Below are positions 55,932 through 64,000 of a stretch of 64,000 nt of DNA, in pieces. This stretch comes from Rhodospirillales bacterium (lineage in GTDB: Bacteria > Pseudomonadota > Alphaproteobacteria > Micavibrionales > Micavibrionaceae), in assembly GCA_023898765.1 (NCBI GenBank), contig CP060238.1, positions 428,094 through 492,093 on the forward strand, written 5' to 3'. The notes below the pieces were generated by a model. The model ran no database searches. It was not told the origin of the DNA and saw nothing but the letters and a program-made list of their open reading frames with translations. Each line of letters opens with the position of its first letter. The first letter of the stretch is position 1. The position numbers were made by a program, and so were the translations under genes.

Positions 55932-56387
55932 TTACGGGTTTTCCGGCATAATGGCTTCAAGAGCTTTTTTTCTAGCTTCGGCCTCTTGTTCTTTTCTGGA
56001 TTTAGTTGTTTTTTGAGGAAGGCGCATAGCATCTCTGGCTTTATCCGCATCGTATTGGTTGGCTTTTGAAGCCTGAACACGATCATTGAAGGCCATCCAA
56101 ATAGTAGGCAGTTTCACATGATCGGGTTTGACGTTGCCAAAGCCGGCCTCAGTCATAATTGTTGCAAGGCTTTCCGCTGTGTTCTCACAGTTTTCTAAGG
56201 CGGTTTCAGTCGCGCTGCTTTGGTCGACCCAAAGCTGTCCGCATTGTTCAATAGCGGGTGTTTTTTTCTGGTATATCCATTCCGCTAATTCTTTAGAATC
56301 GCGCTTTTCAAGTGGGTTTTTACCGTCGTTACATGCTGTAAGGCCAAGCCCCGCTACCATTACGAAGAGAAGAGTCGTTTTTCTCAT
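55932..56387 (-). CDS. lipoprotein, 151 aa (possibly an entry-exclusion-type lipoprotein)
   Basis: Lipobox GLGLTAC. Its position immediately upstream of virB6 matches that of eex in IncN-type operons. The functional call is speculative. Confidence 0.45.
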   Translation of the reverse strand: MRKTTLLFVMVAGLGLTACNDGKNPLEKRDSKELAEWIYQKKTPAIEQCGQLWVDQSSATETALENCENTAESLATIMTEAGFGNVKPDHVKLPTIWMAFNDRVQASKANQYDADKARDAMRLPQKTTKSRKEQEAEARKKALEAIMPENP

Positions 56388-56572
56388 GCTTTTGCTTTCC
56401 CGTTATTAAAAAGTTCCGCCATATTGATAGGTATATGGTTACAAGGGTTTTCCGACATTGAAGCACTTGGAGGGCAGGGGGCTTTTTTCTCGTTGTACTT
56501 CAGCGACGAGCAACCGCCTAACGCCAAGGCTGGAAGTGCTAAAAGTGAAATTAAAAATAGTCGTTTCATCAT
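56384..56572 (-). CDS. small lipoprotein, 62 aa (T4SS-associated, VirB7-like?)
   Basis: Lipobox ALGGC, Pro/Cys-containing mature part, ATGA-type overlap with the next gene. Confidence 0.45.
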   Translation of the reverse strand: MMKRLFLISLLALPALALGGCSSLKYNEKKAPCPPSASMSENPCNHIPINMAELFNNGKAKA

Positions 56573-56660
56573 CTACTCCATTTAGTTTTGAGGTAATTCC
56601 ATAGCTTCTCTATGGCAGTAAAGCCAAGGATGGTGAGTAAGGCTATAGAGCAAAGTTTTT

Positions 56661-58412
56661 TCATGCGGCGGCTCTCCCGTTTGTAAAGTGAGGCAACCAG
56701 CTTTCCGGGCTTGTGCCGTGATCTTCCATAAGTTTTTCAAGGACGCGAACGCTTTCAGTACGACCAGACAAAACAGCAATAAATTCATCAAGGCCGGTGA
56801 GATCGAGTTTCGCAATGACGGAATCTGTACCGTGTCTAACCAGGAAGCATCGAGATTCCGGTGTTAAATTCCGAATAATTTTGAGTTCATGTTTAGAAAG
56901 GCCAAAGCCTTCGCAGTAATCTTTTTCTGACGCTCTGGCGTTGGGAAGGAATATTTGGGTAGGGGATTGCTCAATAATGGCATCACCAACCGAGCTTCCT
57001 ATAGCGTCTTTGGCAGATTGGGTTGCGAAACCCAATATTCCATTTTGTTTACGAATGGTTTTCATCCAGTCCTTAATTCGGGCTGAAAATGCCGGATCAT
57101 CCAACATTTTCCATCCTTCATCGAGCATGAGAATTGTTTTGTTGCCATCCAGAAGCTCATTGACCCGGTGGAATATATACATCATCCAAGGAGTGCGGCT
57201 TACTGGATCATCAAGGATGGAGGTAAGGTCAAAACCAATAGTCCGGTTGTTCAAAGAAAGCGTGTCAGTTTCATTATCAAAAAGCCATGCTCTTTCGCCC
57301 ATACTGTGCCATTTGGCAATTCTCGATGCTAAGGTGTAGTCACCTGCAGAGCCATACCCTGAAAGTAGTTCAGAAAGATGAGCAAGGCGGCGATTTTCCG
57401 GCTTGGTTTCATAGTTTGCGTTTACTGCATCAGCAATAATTTCGATTTCTTGTGGTGTGAGGGGCTTGTTATTCTCGGACGTAACAAGCACTTTTATCCA
57501 TTCTCGCAAGAAGCTTCTATTTTCAGGCGTATCCGGTAGTTGGAGTGGATTTAACCCTGTGGGTCTGCCGGCATGAACAATCGTATAATCCCCGCCGATC
57601 GCGCGAATAAAAATTTCCGCGCCACGGTCTTTATCAAAGTAAACAGCTTTTGGATTTAGACGCTGCGCTTGCGCCAATAGGAAAGTGAGTAGAACAGTCT
57701 TCCCCGTTCCTGTCGGGCCGATCACGGTAAAATTGCCAACATCACGTTCATGGAAATTAAACCAATATGGAGTGCCGGACGTTGTTTCTAGCCTCGTAAT
57801 GGAATCTCCCCAATGATTACCGGTTTTACTTCCGGCCGGGAAGTTATGGAAGCTGGCAAATCCAGCAAAATTATTATTGGATATAAGGGAACGGCGGGCA
57901 ATGTAACTTAAATTCCCCGGTAAATTCGCCCAGTATGCCGGTTCTAAATTTATATCTTCGCGGACACTGACGATGCCGAGATTAACCAATTCTGATACGC
58001 AGGCGCTTATGGCCTGGTCAAGATCTCTTGGAGCTTTTGCTATGCTCGTAATGGTCAAATGATGTTCGCCGAATGAACAACGCCCCGAAGCTAGGCTGTC
58101 TCTTGCTTCATCAATATCTTCAATGAGGCTGTTGGCGCCTTGTTCGCTGGCGATCATTTTACGCATGGCTTCATTCATGGCCGATAACGAAGTTTGCCTG
58201 TCAACGAACCCAAAACTTTGCGTCAGTATAAATTCGTGCGGGAGGCGCAGCAGGCCATCAAGCATACCGGGGCCGGTTGCGTTGGCGTATTCTTTGATGG
58301 ACAAGACAGCAGCAAGCTTTACGTCACCTGGAGCTGCGCCCCGTACTTCCAGAGTTTCCTTACCAAAGGAAATTCGTTTTGCGGGCAGGTATAAATGCAG
58401 CCGGACATAGTG
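56661..58412 (-). pseudogene. virB4: VirB4-family T4SS ATPase, 5'-truncated
   Basis: Walker A GPTGTGKT and full C-terminal ATPase domain. The frame is open only back to 58412 (no ATG; the ORF-track start is TTG 58304). About 220-250 N-terminal residues are missing. It abuts the hipA stop at 58427. Confidence 0.85.
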
Positions 58413-58426
58413 CTACCAACGGATTT

Positions 58427-59686
58427 TCATTGCATATCGCCAGCAGCTTGCGCATCAGCATGTTCAAAAGCCGAGGCCATGCGGTCGATTTCTCGTCTAT
58501 CCAGCCCGTGACGTTGCGCTACATCGCGCCATTGCGACACCCCAGCGCCGACCTCTTTAATGATCGCTCTGGCTTCATCAGGTGACAGCCTGAAATCCTT
58601 TGCCACGGACAAGGCCAGATCAAGCGAAGCCGTGCCATCATTGAGGTCAATAGTGGTCGTCAGTATGCGCGGCTTGACCTCTACAGGCGTCGGGTTCATG
58701 TCGTAGGCAGGCGACAGCCGCCAGCCCTTATGACGTTCGTAAATGAAGCCGTGGTTGCGCAAATGGTCGTCGGTATTGGAGATCAGAATGCTGAAAACGA
58801 TTCTGCGCCATAATTCGGCCAGATCTGCCACAGGCTCCGCTCCATATTGGCGCAACGCATCTGCAATCTCCAGATAGCTGTGCGGCTCGTTGTCTTTAGC
58901 CTGAAGCATGCTCATGGCCGATAGGAAAGGAATGCGCCTCTCACCTGCGCGGTCAAAGCGCCGGATGATGAAGACAGGCTTGTCCATGACCGTTTCCAGT
59001 CGCCATTTCGGCACGCTCAGCCCGGCCTTTTCAGCCAGCACCAGCGCAACCGCTTCCCAGACCACGACATTGTAGTCATCATCCTTGCGCGGGAATTTGG
59101 CGATAGACAAGTGGCCATCCGTGTCGCGCACGGAGGCTTTGGGCCGCGCTCCGCCCAGTGACGAGCCAGGTGCCAACAGAATGCGTAAATCCTCAGCGTT
59201 TTCTTCATCCGCTAGAAAGCGTTCGGTAGCCGATAGCAGTTTTGGCAAGTCCACCAGTGGAGGTATTGTTCTTTGGCTTTTAGGAGCAAGAAACGGGCCG
59301 TCTGGCGTGTCCGCAAAGCGCAACGCTCCCTGCCGCGCCTCGTCATTAACACCCAGCAGGAAATCCGCTTCACCCAGCGTTCGCATTGTTTCGCCAGCCG
59401 CGCGGGCGCGCTGCCCTTCCGCACGGCGCATCAGAACACGCCCCCAGCGATCAGGCGCGGAATCGCCAATAGAACCGAACAAGCTTTGGTCAGCTAGCGT
59501 ATGAAAAGAACCCGCCGTCAAGGCCAGCGCAGGCTCCAGCGCGAAATGCTCTGGATGTTTCAGCCAGCTATCATAATATTCAAAGGACGCGCTCTCACGG
59601 CCTTTGCGGTTGTGACACCACAACCGTCCGACAGAATGGTTTTCATCACCCAGCTCAATGGAGACATGAATTTCGCGGCTACTCAT
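58427..59686 (-). CDS. hipA: type II toxin HipA-family serine/threonine kinase
   Basis: N-terminal HipA coupling domain. Catalytic region ISNTDDHLRNHGF...SPAYDMNP. 419 aa. Confidence 0.92.
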   Translation of the reverse strand: MSSREIHVSIELGDENHSVGRLWCHNRKGRESASFEYYDSWLKHPEHFALEPALALTAGSFHTLADQSLFGSIGDSAPDRWGRVLMRRAEGQRARAAGETMRTLGEADFLLGVNDEARQGALRFADTPDGPFLAPKSQRTIPPLVDLPKLLSATERFLADEENAEDLRILLAPGSSLGGARPKASVRDTDGHLSIAKFPRKDDDYNVVVWEAVALVLAEKAGLSVPKWRLETVMDKPVFIIRRFDRAGERRIPFLSAMSMLQAKDNEPHSYLEIADALRQYGAEPVADLAELWRRIVFSILISNTDDHLRNHGFIYERHKGWRLSPAYDMNPTPVEVKPRILTTTIDLNDGTASLDLALSVAKDFRLSPDEARAIIKEVGAGVSQWRDVAQRHGLDRREIDRMASAFEHADAQAAGDMQ

Positions 59687-60009
59687 GAGTGTTCCCCTTT
59701 AGACGGAAGGCGAATGCGCTTGGGCAGGTTTTCTTCTTCCAGCCTGCGTCCCACCACGTCATGATTGGCATCTGCCAAATCACCCAAGCGGTCTGTCAGT
59801 CCCAGCGCAAACAATACGGAGGCATACCCCCCCAGTGAAACCGAAGGGTCGCCTTTTTCAATTTTGCCGAGCGTCGCTCTGGACAGCCCGGCGCGTTCCG
59901 TCATTAATGCCATGGGGATACGGCGGCGGCGGCGACTGTCGCTGATGTCCTGCCCCAGCTTGCGCAGAGCTTTCTGGACGGGAATAGGAAGATTTGTTTT
60001 TTTCGCCAT
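59683..60009 (-). CDS. hipB: HipB-like XRE-family HTH antitoxin
   Basis: HTH ...MTERAGLSRATLGKIEKGDPSVSLG.... ATGA overlap with hipA. Confidence 0.85.
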   Translation of the reverse strand: MAKKTNLPIPVQKALRKLGQDISDSRRRRRIPMALMTERAGLSRATLGKIEKGDPSVSLGGYASVLFALGLTDRLGDLADANHDVVGRRLEEENLPKRIRLPSKGEHS

Positions 60010-60285
60010 TTTATACCTTTACGGTTATTATCAGAGCTGTTATCTCTTATAAAGACTACCATAATATACTTTAAGTGACAAATCAAGCCAGATGGATATA
60101 ATGTATAGAAAAATAGTCGCTAGACAATATAAGGGGTACTATAATAGACATTAATTGAATTTTAGAATATGAAAGAGCGTCATATCTGTAGCGGCTCCAA
60201 GGATATTTGCACCCAAATAACCATGTAATTTTAATATTCTATGTAAGATTTACATGGATAGAAAAGAATCAGCCAATTCTGTGCG

Positions 60286-60792
60286 GTGAATAGGAGCCTT
60301 ATTCACCGCATAATATGCAGTAATCTTCCGAGCCTTGACTTCATTGAAGGGTTCACACCCCACCTTCTAATAGAGAGTTTCACCATCTTTTATTTGAAGC
60401 GGATCTCGGTATTCAAATATTCAAGTCACATCCTTGATATGGAAGATTCCATTCGCGATGATTTAGAATCTATGACGCTGATATCAGATGGGCAACCAGT
60501 AAAGAATTATCGTTTTGCCGATTCCAAATCTGAACCGGGTATACAGATTTCAGACATCGTTGTCGGATTGATTGGAAAAATGTACACCTATTTAACAAAT
60601 ACAACGCACGATGAAATTGCCACTGCACGTTCATCGCTGAGCGGAACCAGCTTGAAAAATGCAGAATTATTACGCGACCTCATTGACGCCTCGCATGAAG
60701 CAAATATTGCATTTCTTAATCACGTTATGAGTAATAATGATATAAACAAGATGAATTTATTTCTCCGGTCTCGCGGAAGCGTATATGAATAA
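60286..60792 (+). CDS. DUF3800-like protein (possibly a fragment)
   Basis: SEPGIQISDIVVGLIGKMY resembles the C-terminal DUF3800 motif. GTG start. Sits in a very AT-rich patch. Confidence 0.4.
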   Translation: MNRSLIHRIICSNLPSLDFIEGFTPHLLIESFTIFYLKRISVFKYSSHILDMEDSIRDDLESMTLISDGQPVKNYRFADSKSEPGIQISDIVVGLIGKMYTYLTNTTHDEIATARSSLSGTSLKNAELLRDLIDASHEANIAFLNHVMSNNDINKMNLFLRSRGSVYE

Positions 60793-60798
60793 AAAAAC

Positions 60799-62376
60799 TC
60801 ATTCTTGATCAATGAAATTCTCTTGATTATTTGTGTTGCTTATTTCATCCAATCCAGCTTCCAGACGCATGCGTTTTTCCTTGGCGCGTTGGCGATGCTT
60901 GCGCTCCCAATCGCCGCCTGTCAGCGCCGCTGTTTCTTCGGCCAGAGTTGAAATACCCATGTCCACACGTTCGCGCGCAGCTTTGCCTTCCTTAAGCTGG
61001 TCGATCTGGCCTCTCGGCGGCCCGAATCCATTCACTGCCCAAATAGGCAGCGCGGATCATAGGATCAGAGAAGAAACCGGGAGCGTTTAAATATCCTCTG
61101 GCAACAGCCTCTGTAATCACAGCCTCATAAACGGGCTGGCAGAACATGCAAGCTAGCCATTCCCGGCGGGAGCGAAAAACTTCCATGCTTCCAGCAGTGC
61201 CGCCTGCGCCGCCGAATAACTGGCCGTGAAATGCTTCACCACCAGCAGCTCGAAGGGAATTTCCAGCGCAACACCCACTTGCCGCAGGATGGCCAGCACA
61301 AACTGGTCAAAGGCCGCGTTCGGGCGTTTGGGATCGGCAATCTCCACGCTTTCGTAAGGTAACAAATCCAATATTGCGCCGGGGCCAAGCTGGAAATCCT
61401 TATCATCGCGCCCAGAACCAGCACCATCTTCCATCGGCGCAAGGCCGTCCGGATCTTCGGATTTAATGAATACGCTGAACATGGCCGACACCACCGCTGC
61501 CATCAGCTCGGCTTCGGAATATTTATCCAGCTGCTTGAGGCTTTCAATAACAGGCGCCAGATAAGGTGCTGGCCGTGTCATGCCCACCCGCGTAGGACGT
61601 GCCAGATGATTGACCAGCCAATTACCCTCGCGGTCATAAGCACGAAGCCGCACCCATTGCCGTGATCCGGGATCCCGAACATCACCGGGATGTGCCTGCA
61701 AAACATGATAGGCCAGAGGTGATCCCAGCGCATTTTTCTCAACACCGCCAGCCAATCTGGGTGCATCCATCGTCCAGTCAGGATTGCTGATGCGGTCTGC
61801 TTCGACCAACTGCAGACATGTGCCATATCGCGCACCGGGCCTTTGTGTGAAGCGGCGCAGAACAAAAACATCCCCAGCTTCTAAAACAGAGCGCAGTGCC
61901 AGATCCTGCATTCCGGAAAAATCCTGCATATGGGAGGTATCGCAATATTTGGAAGCGGCCCAATAGCGAAACTCACGCTCGGCGGCCCGCTCAAAGGCTT
62001 CGAAATCCTCTTCCTTATTGCCCAGAATGCCTTTCAGAACATCGCGATCCACGCGGGATTGCACTTTGAGGCCAGTGCCGACAACATTTGTGACCACCGT
62101 GTTAATGGCACCCGTTGCCAGCGGCGCATTGCGGATTAAATCGCGGGAACGCTCCCGTAACGCCGGAAGGTCAGGCAATGTGACCTGATCGGCGCTGCCG
62201 TCTATCGTATGCCATGCCTTGGTCTGGCGGCGGTCTTTACGTGCGCCTGTATAACCGCCATACAGTGCCATGACTGTTTTGGCTTTCAGGCGGCGTACAC
62301 CTGCTTCAGGCGAAATCCAGCCAATGACTTTATCAAGCGTGGTAGGTTCTGGTAGCGAAATGCGTTTTCGGCTCAT
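60799..62376 (-). pseudogene. lambda-family phage portal protein gene with two frameshifts
   Basis: Three consecutive ORFs (61153-62376, 60992-61186, 60799-61035) read through as one portal. Shifts occur at the A5 run 61175-61179 (EAWKFF|RSRREWLA) and near 61021-61027 (SEW|GPPRGQID). Confidence 0.85.
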
Positions 62377-62579
62377 AACGGAACACCTCCGCGCATCCGG
62401 ATTCCGCCACGGCTTTTCCGCTCGATCCGCTTTTCCAAATAAGTTTCCCGCTCATACAGTGTTTTCAGATCACCCTTTGTCACCGCGCGGCCTTCATAGG
62501 AAACGCTCTGTCCTCCGCCTTCAATGGCGGCAATGGCTTTTTGCACGCGTTCTAGCTTTTCTTCCAATGTGTCACTCAT
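62373..62579 (-). CDS. phage head-tail joining protein gpW family
   Basis: 68 aa, MSDTLEEKLERVQKAIAAIEGGGQSVSYEGRAVT...YLEKRI. Position between terminase and portal as in lambda. Confidence 0.8.
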   Translation of the reverse strand: MSDTLEEKLERVQKAIAAIEGGGQSVSYEGRAVTKGDLKTLYERETYLEKRIERKSRGGIRMRGGVPL

Positions 62580-63010
62580 AATTTCACGCCTTTGCTCCGC
62601 GCACGCCGTCTTACAGGCTTACGCGTTGTTGGTTTGGGTTGATCTTCTTCTGATGGTCTTGGTTTAACGGGTTCGTCCAGGCCGAGGGATCGTTCCATTT
62701 CACGCCAGTGGCGATCACCGAAACGATCAAGCCCTTCAACAGCCGCAGCCGCGCGGGCGTAAACGTAGCAATCCAGCGCTTCATTGCGCTCTCTGGTCTT
62801 TTGCCATTCCCGCACCGCATAGCCACGGCGGTTTTTCGATGTAATCAGCTGCTCAGAGCAGAGCTGCTTCAAATATTCTTCATCCACCTGCGGCAGGTGA
62901 ACATATCCAGCCGGATACGGCTCACCGCTTTCCTTCGTAGGCGGGTTCTTCCGCAGATTATTAAACAGCTCCAGCTTGGCAATGCCGCCAGCGACTGGCC
63001 GTACGCGCAA
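62576..63010 (-). pseudogene. lambda GpA-type terminase large subunit, C-terminal fragment only
   Basis: ...YVHLPQVDEEYLKQLCSEQL...REWQKTRERNEALDCYVYARAAA matches the extreme C-terminus of GpA-like terminases. Everything upstream is missing. Confidence 0.7.
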
Positions 63011-63507
63011 TCCGCGTTTGAATTTTTACCATCGGCGGTCATCTCAACTGCGCTTGGCAATCCGACAAGAGCCGCACCGCGCTGGACGCCCTTAACCACC
63101 ATCACCAAACCGAATCTCTCTTCCTGTTCAGCCCAGATCGGAGAAAATGACTTTTCAATATCGGTCAGCGCGAAACCTGCGGGTTGCTGTCCGTTCAGTA
63201 CGGCATCAATAATGCGTGGCGATAGCAGCATGATGCGCATCATGCGCTGGAGATAGGATTTATTGATATTTTCTGCTGCGGCAATTTCAGAGACAGATTT
63301 ATACTGACCTATGGCCAGAATTTTTTGCCAACGATACGCACGACCCAGCGCCTTGAGCAGCTTTTCATCTTTCCGCACTTCTAAATCAAGCCTTCTCAAA
63401 TCTTGACCTTGCGGGCCGACCAACACTTTCTTGCCACCCCAGCGCCGCAGGTTAATTGGGATGCGAACGATGATTTTTTGATCTTCTGCGTGGTATTGTA
63501 GATTCAT
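62869..63507 (-). CDS. recombinase-associated C-terminal module (helix-turn-helix-like); 3' third is probably read-through
   Basis: ...LLKALGRAYRWQKILAIGQYKSVSEIAAAENINKSYLQRMMRIMLLSPRIIDAVLNGQQP resembles the tail of alphaproteobacterial serine recombinases. Meaningful similarity ends near 63108. ATGA overlap with the recombinase ORF suggests a split or separate gene. Confidence 0.5.
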   Translation of the reverse strand: MNLQYHAEDQKIIVRIPINLRRWGGKKVLVGPQGQDLRRLDLEVRKDEKLLKALGRAYRWQKILAIGQYKSVSEIAAAENINKSYLQRMMRIMLLSPRIIDAVLNGQQPAGFALTDIEKSFSPIWAEQEERFGLVMVVKGVQRGAALVGLPSAVEMTADGKNSNADCAYGQSLAALPSWSCLIICGRTRLRRKAVSRIRLDMFTCRRWMKNI

Positions 63508-64000
63508 GCTTCAGCCCCATGTTTAATTTTGTGCTCTATTTCCTGCTGCAATTGAGAGAGAATATTTTCGATGCCATTGGCGCGGTATTCAATATCGATG
63601 CAGTTGCCATGCACCGCTACACGGTCAATCAACAAATGCGTAATGCGTTTTTGTTCAGCAGGCACAAGAATGTCCCACAAAGACCCCATGCGCTGCATCG
63701 TGCTGTGCAATTCTTGCTCGCTGTACTTGGGGATGTCCGTTTTTACCTTTTTCCAGACATCGACGATGACTTGTGGTTTTACAAAAATGCTTTGCATCTG
63801 CCCTTTGATAACATCTTCGATTTCACCCGCGGGGATACGATTGGCAGGACAAAGCTCGCAAGATTGCCTGCGATAAGAATTCGCCGAATAATAATGATAA
63901 TTTTTATTTCCTTTTTTCGTATGGGTGGGGGACATGGCACCGCCGCAGCCACCGCAAACCAGAATGCCTTTCAGCAGAGCCTTTGATTTAGCCTGATAGG
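63504..64000 (-). CDS. large serine recombinase (partial; the 5' part lies beyond the window)
   Basis: The frame stays open to position 64000 and reads ...SKALLKGILVCGGCGGAMSPTHTKKGNKNYHYY..., the zinc beta-ribbon of large serine recombinases. Confidence 0.85.
   Translation of the reverse strand, partial: YQAKSKALLKGILVCGGCGGAMSPTHTKKGNKNYHYYSANSYRRQSCELCPANRIPAGEIEDVIKGQMQSIFVKPQVIVDVWKKVKTDIPKYSEQELHSTMQRMGSLWDILVPAEQKRITHLLIDRVAVHGNCIDIEYRANGIENILSQLQQEIEHKIKHGAEA

Larger units (their letters stand above)
45976..64000. mobile_element. mosaic, decayed integrated mobile region (ICE/plasmid + prophage remnants); right end not in window
   Basis: Starts at the break in the ntrC-like gene. Contains T4SS remnants, a ParB-like gene, Fic, a nuclease, hipBA, lambda-like head-gene remnants and a serine recombinase. 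Several genes are truncated or frameshifted. AT-rich patches are present. Confidence 0.6.

Overview
Origin-proximal chromosome segment of an alphaproteobacterium. I found no rRNA, tRNA or CRISPR. About 1-31 kb and 35-38 kb are conserved core: leuS-lptE-holA; parB-parA-rsmG-mnmG-mnmE carrying three parS palindromes; rho; hemJ-hemH-hemE; a putative oriC in the hemE/PDRP interval; the ATGA-coupled ppsR-maf-aroE-coaE-dnaQ chain; secB-fxsA; tim44-mltA. Four accessory regions stand out. (1) A three-gene operon (31.3-35.0 kb) between dnaQ and secB encodes secreted phage-tail-fibre-like proteins with S74 intramolecular-chaperone domains plus an FG-GAP propeller, next to palindromic repeat elements. 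(2) An H-NOX / hybrid histidine kinase phosphorelay operon (40.4-44.8 kb) includes two response regulators with an unrecognised shared N-terminal domain. It sits behind a sigma-54-type promoter, and the divergent NtrC-type activator gene is truncated. (3) From about 46 kb to the window end lies a mosaic, decayed mobile region. It holds an inverse-autotransporter adhesin behind a poly-C promoter, an Avd-like four-helix-bundle gene, a ParB-like gene, a Fic gene, a thermonuclease, VirB4/B6/B8 remnants, hipBA, lambda-like terminase/gpW/portal remnants and a large serine recombinase running off the end. (4) Several small or non-coding candidates are listed, including an unlisted 43-aa entericidin-like gene. 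All calls rest on reading the translations and sequence by eye. No database search was run.
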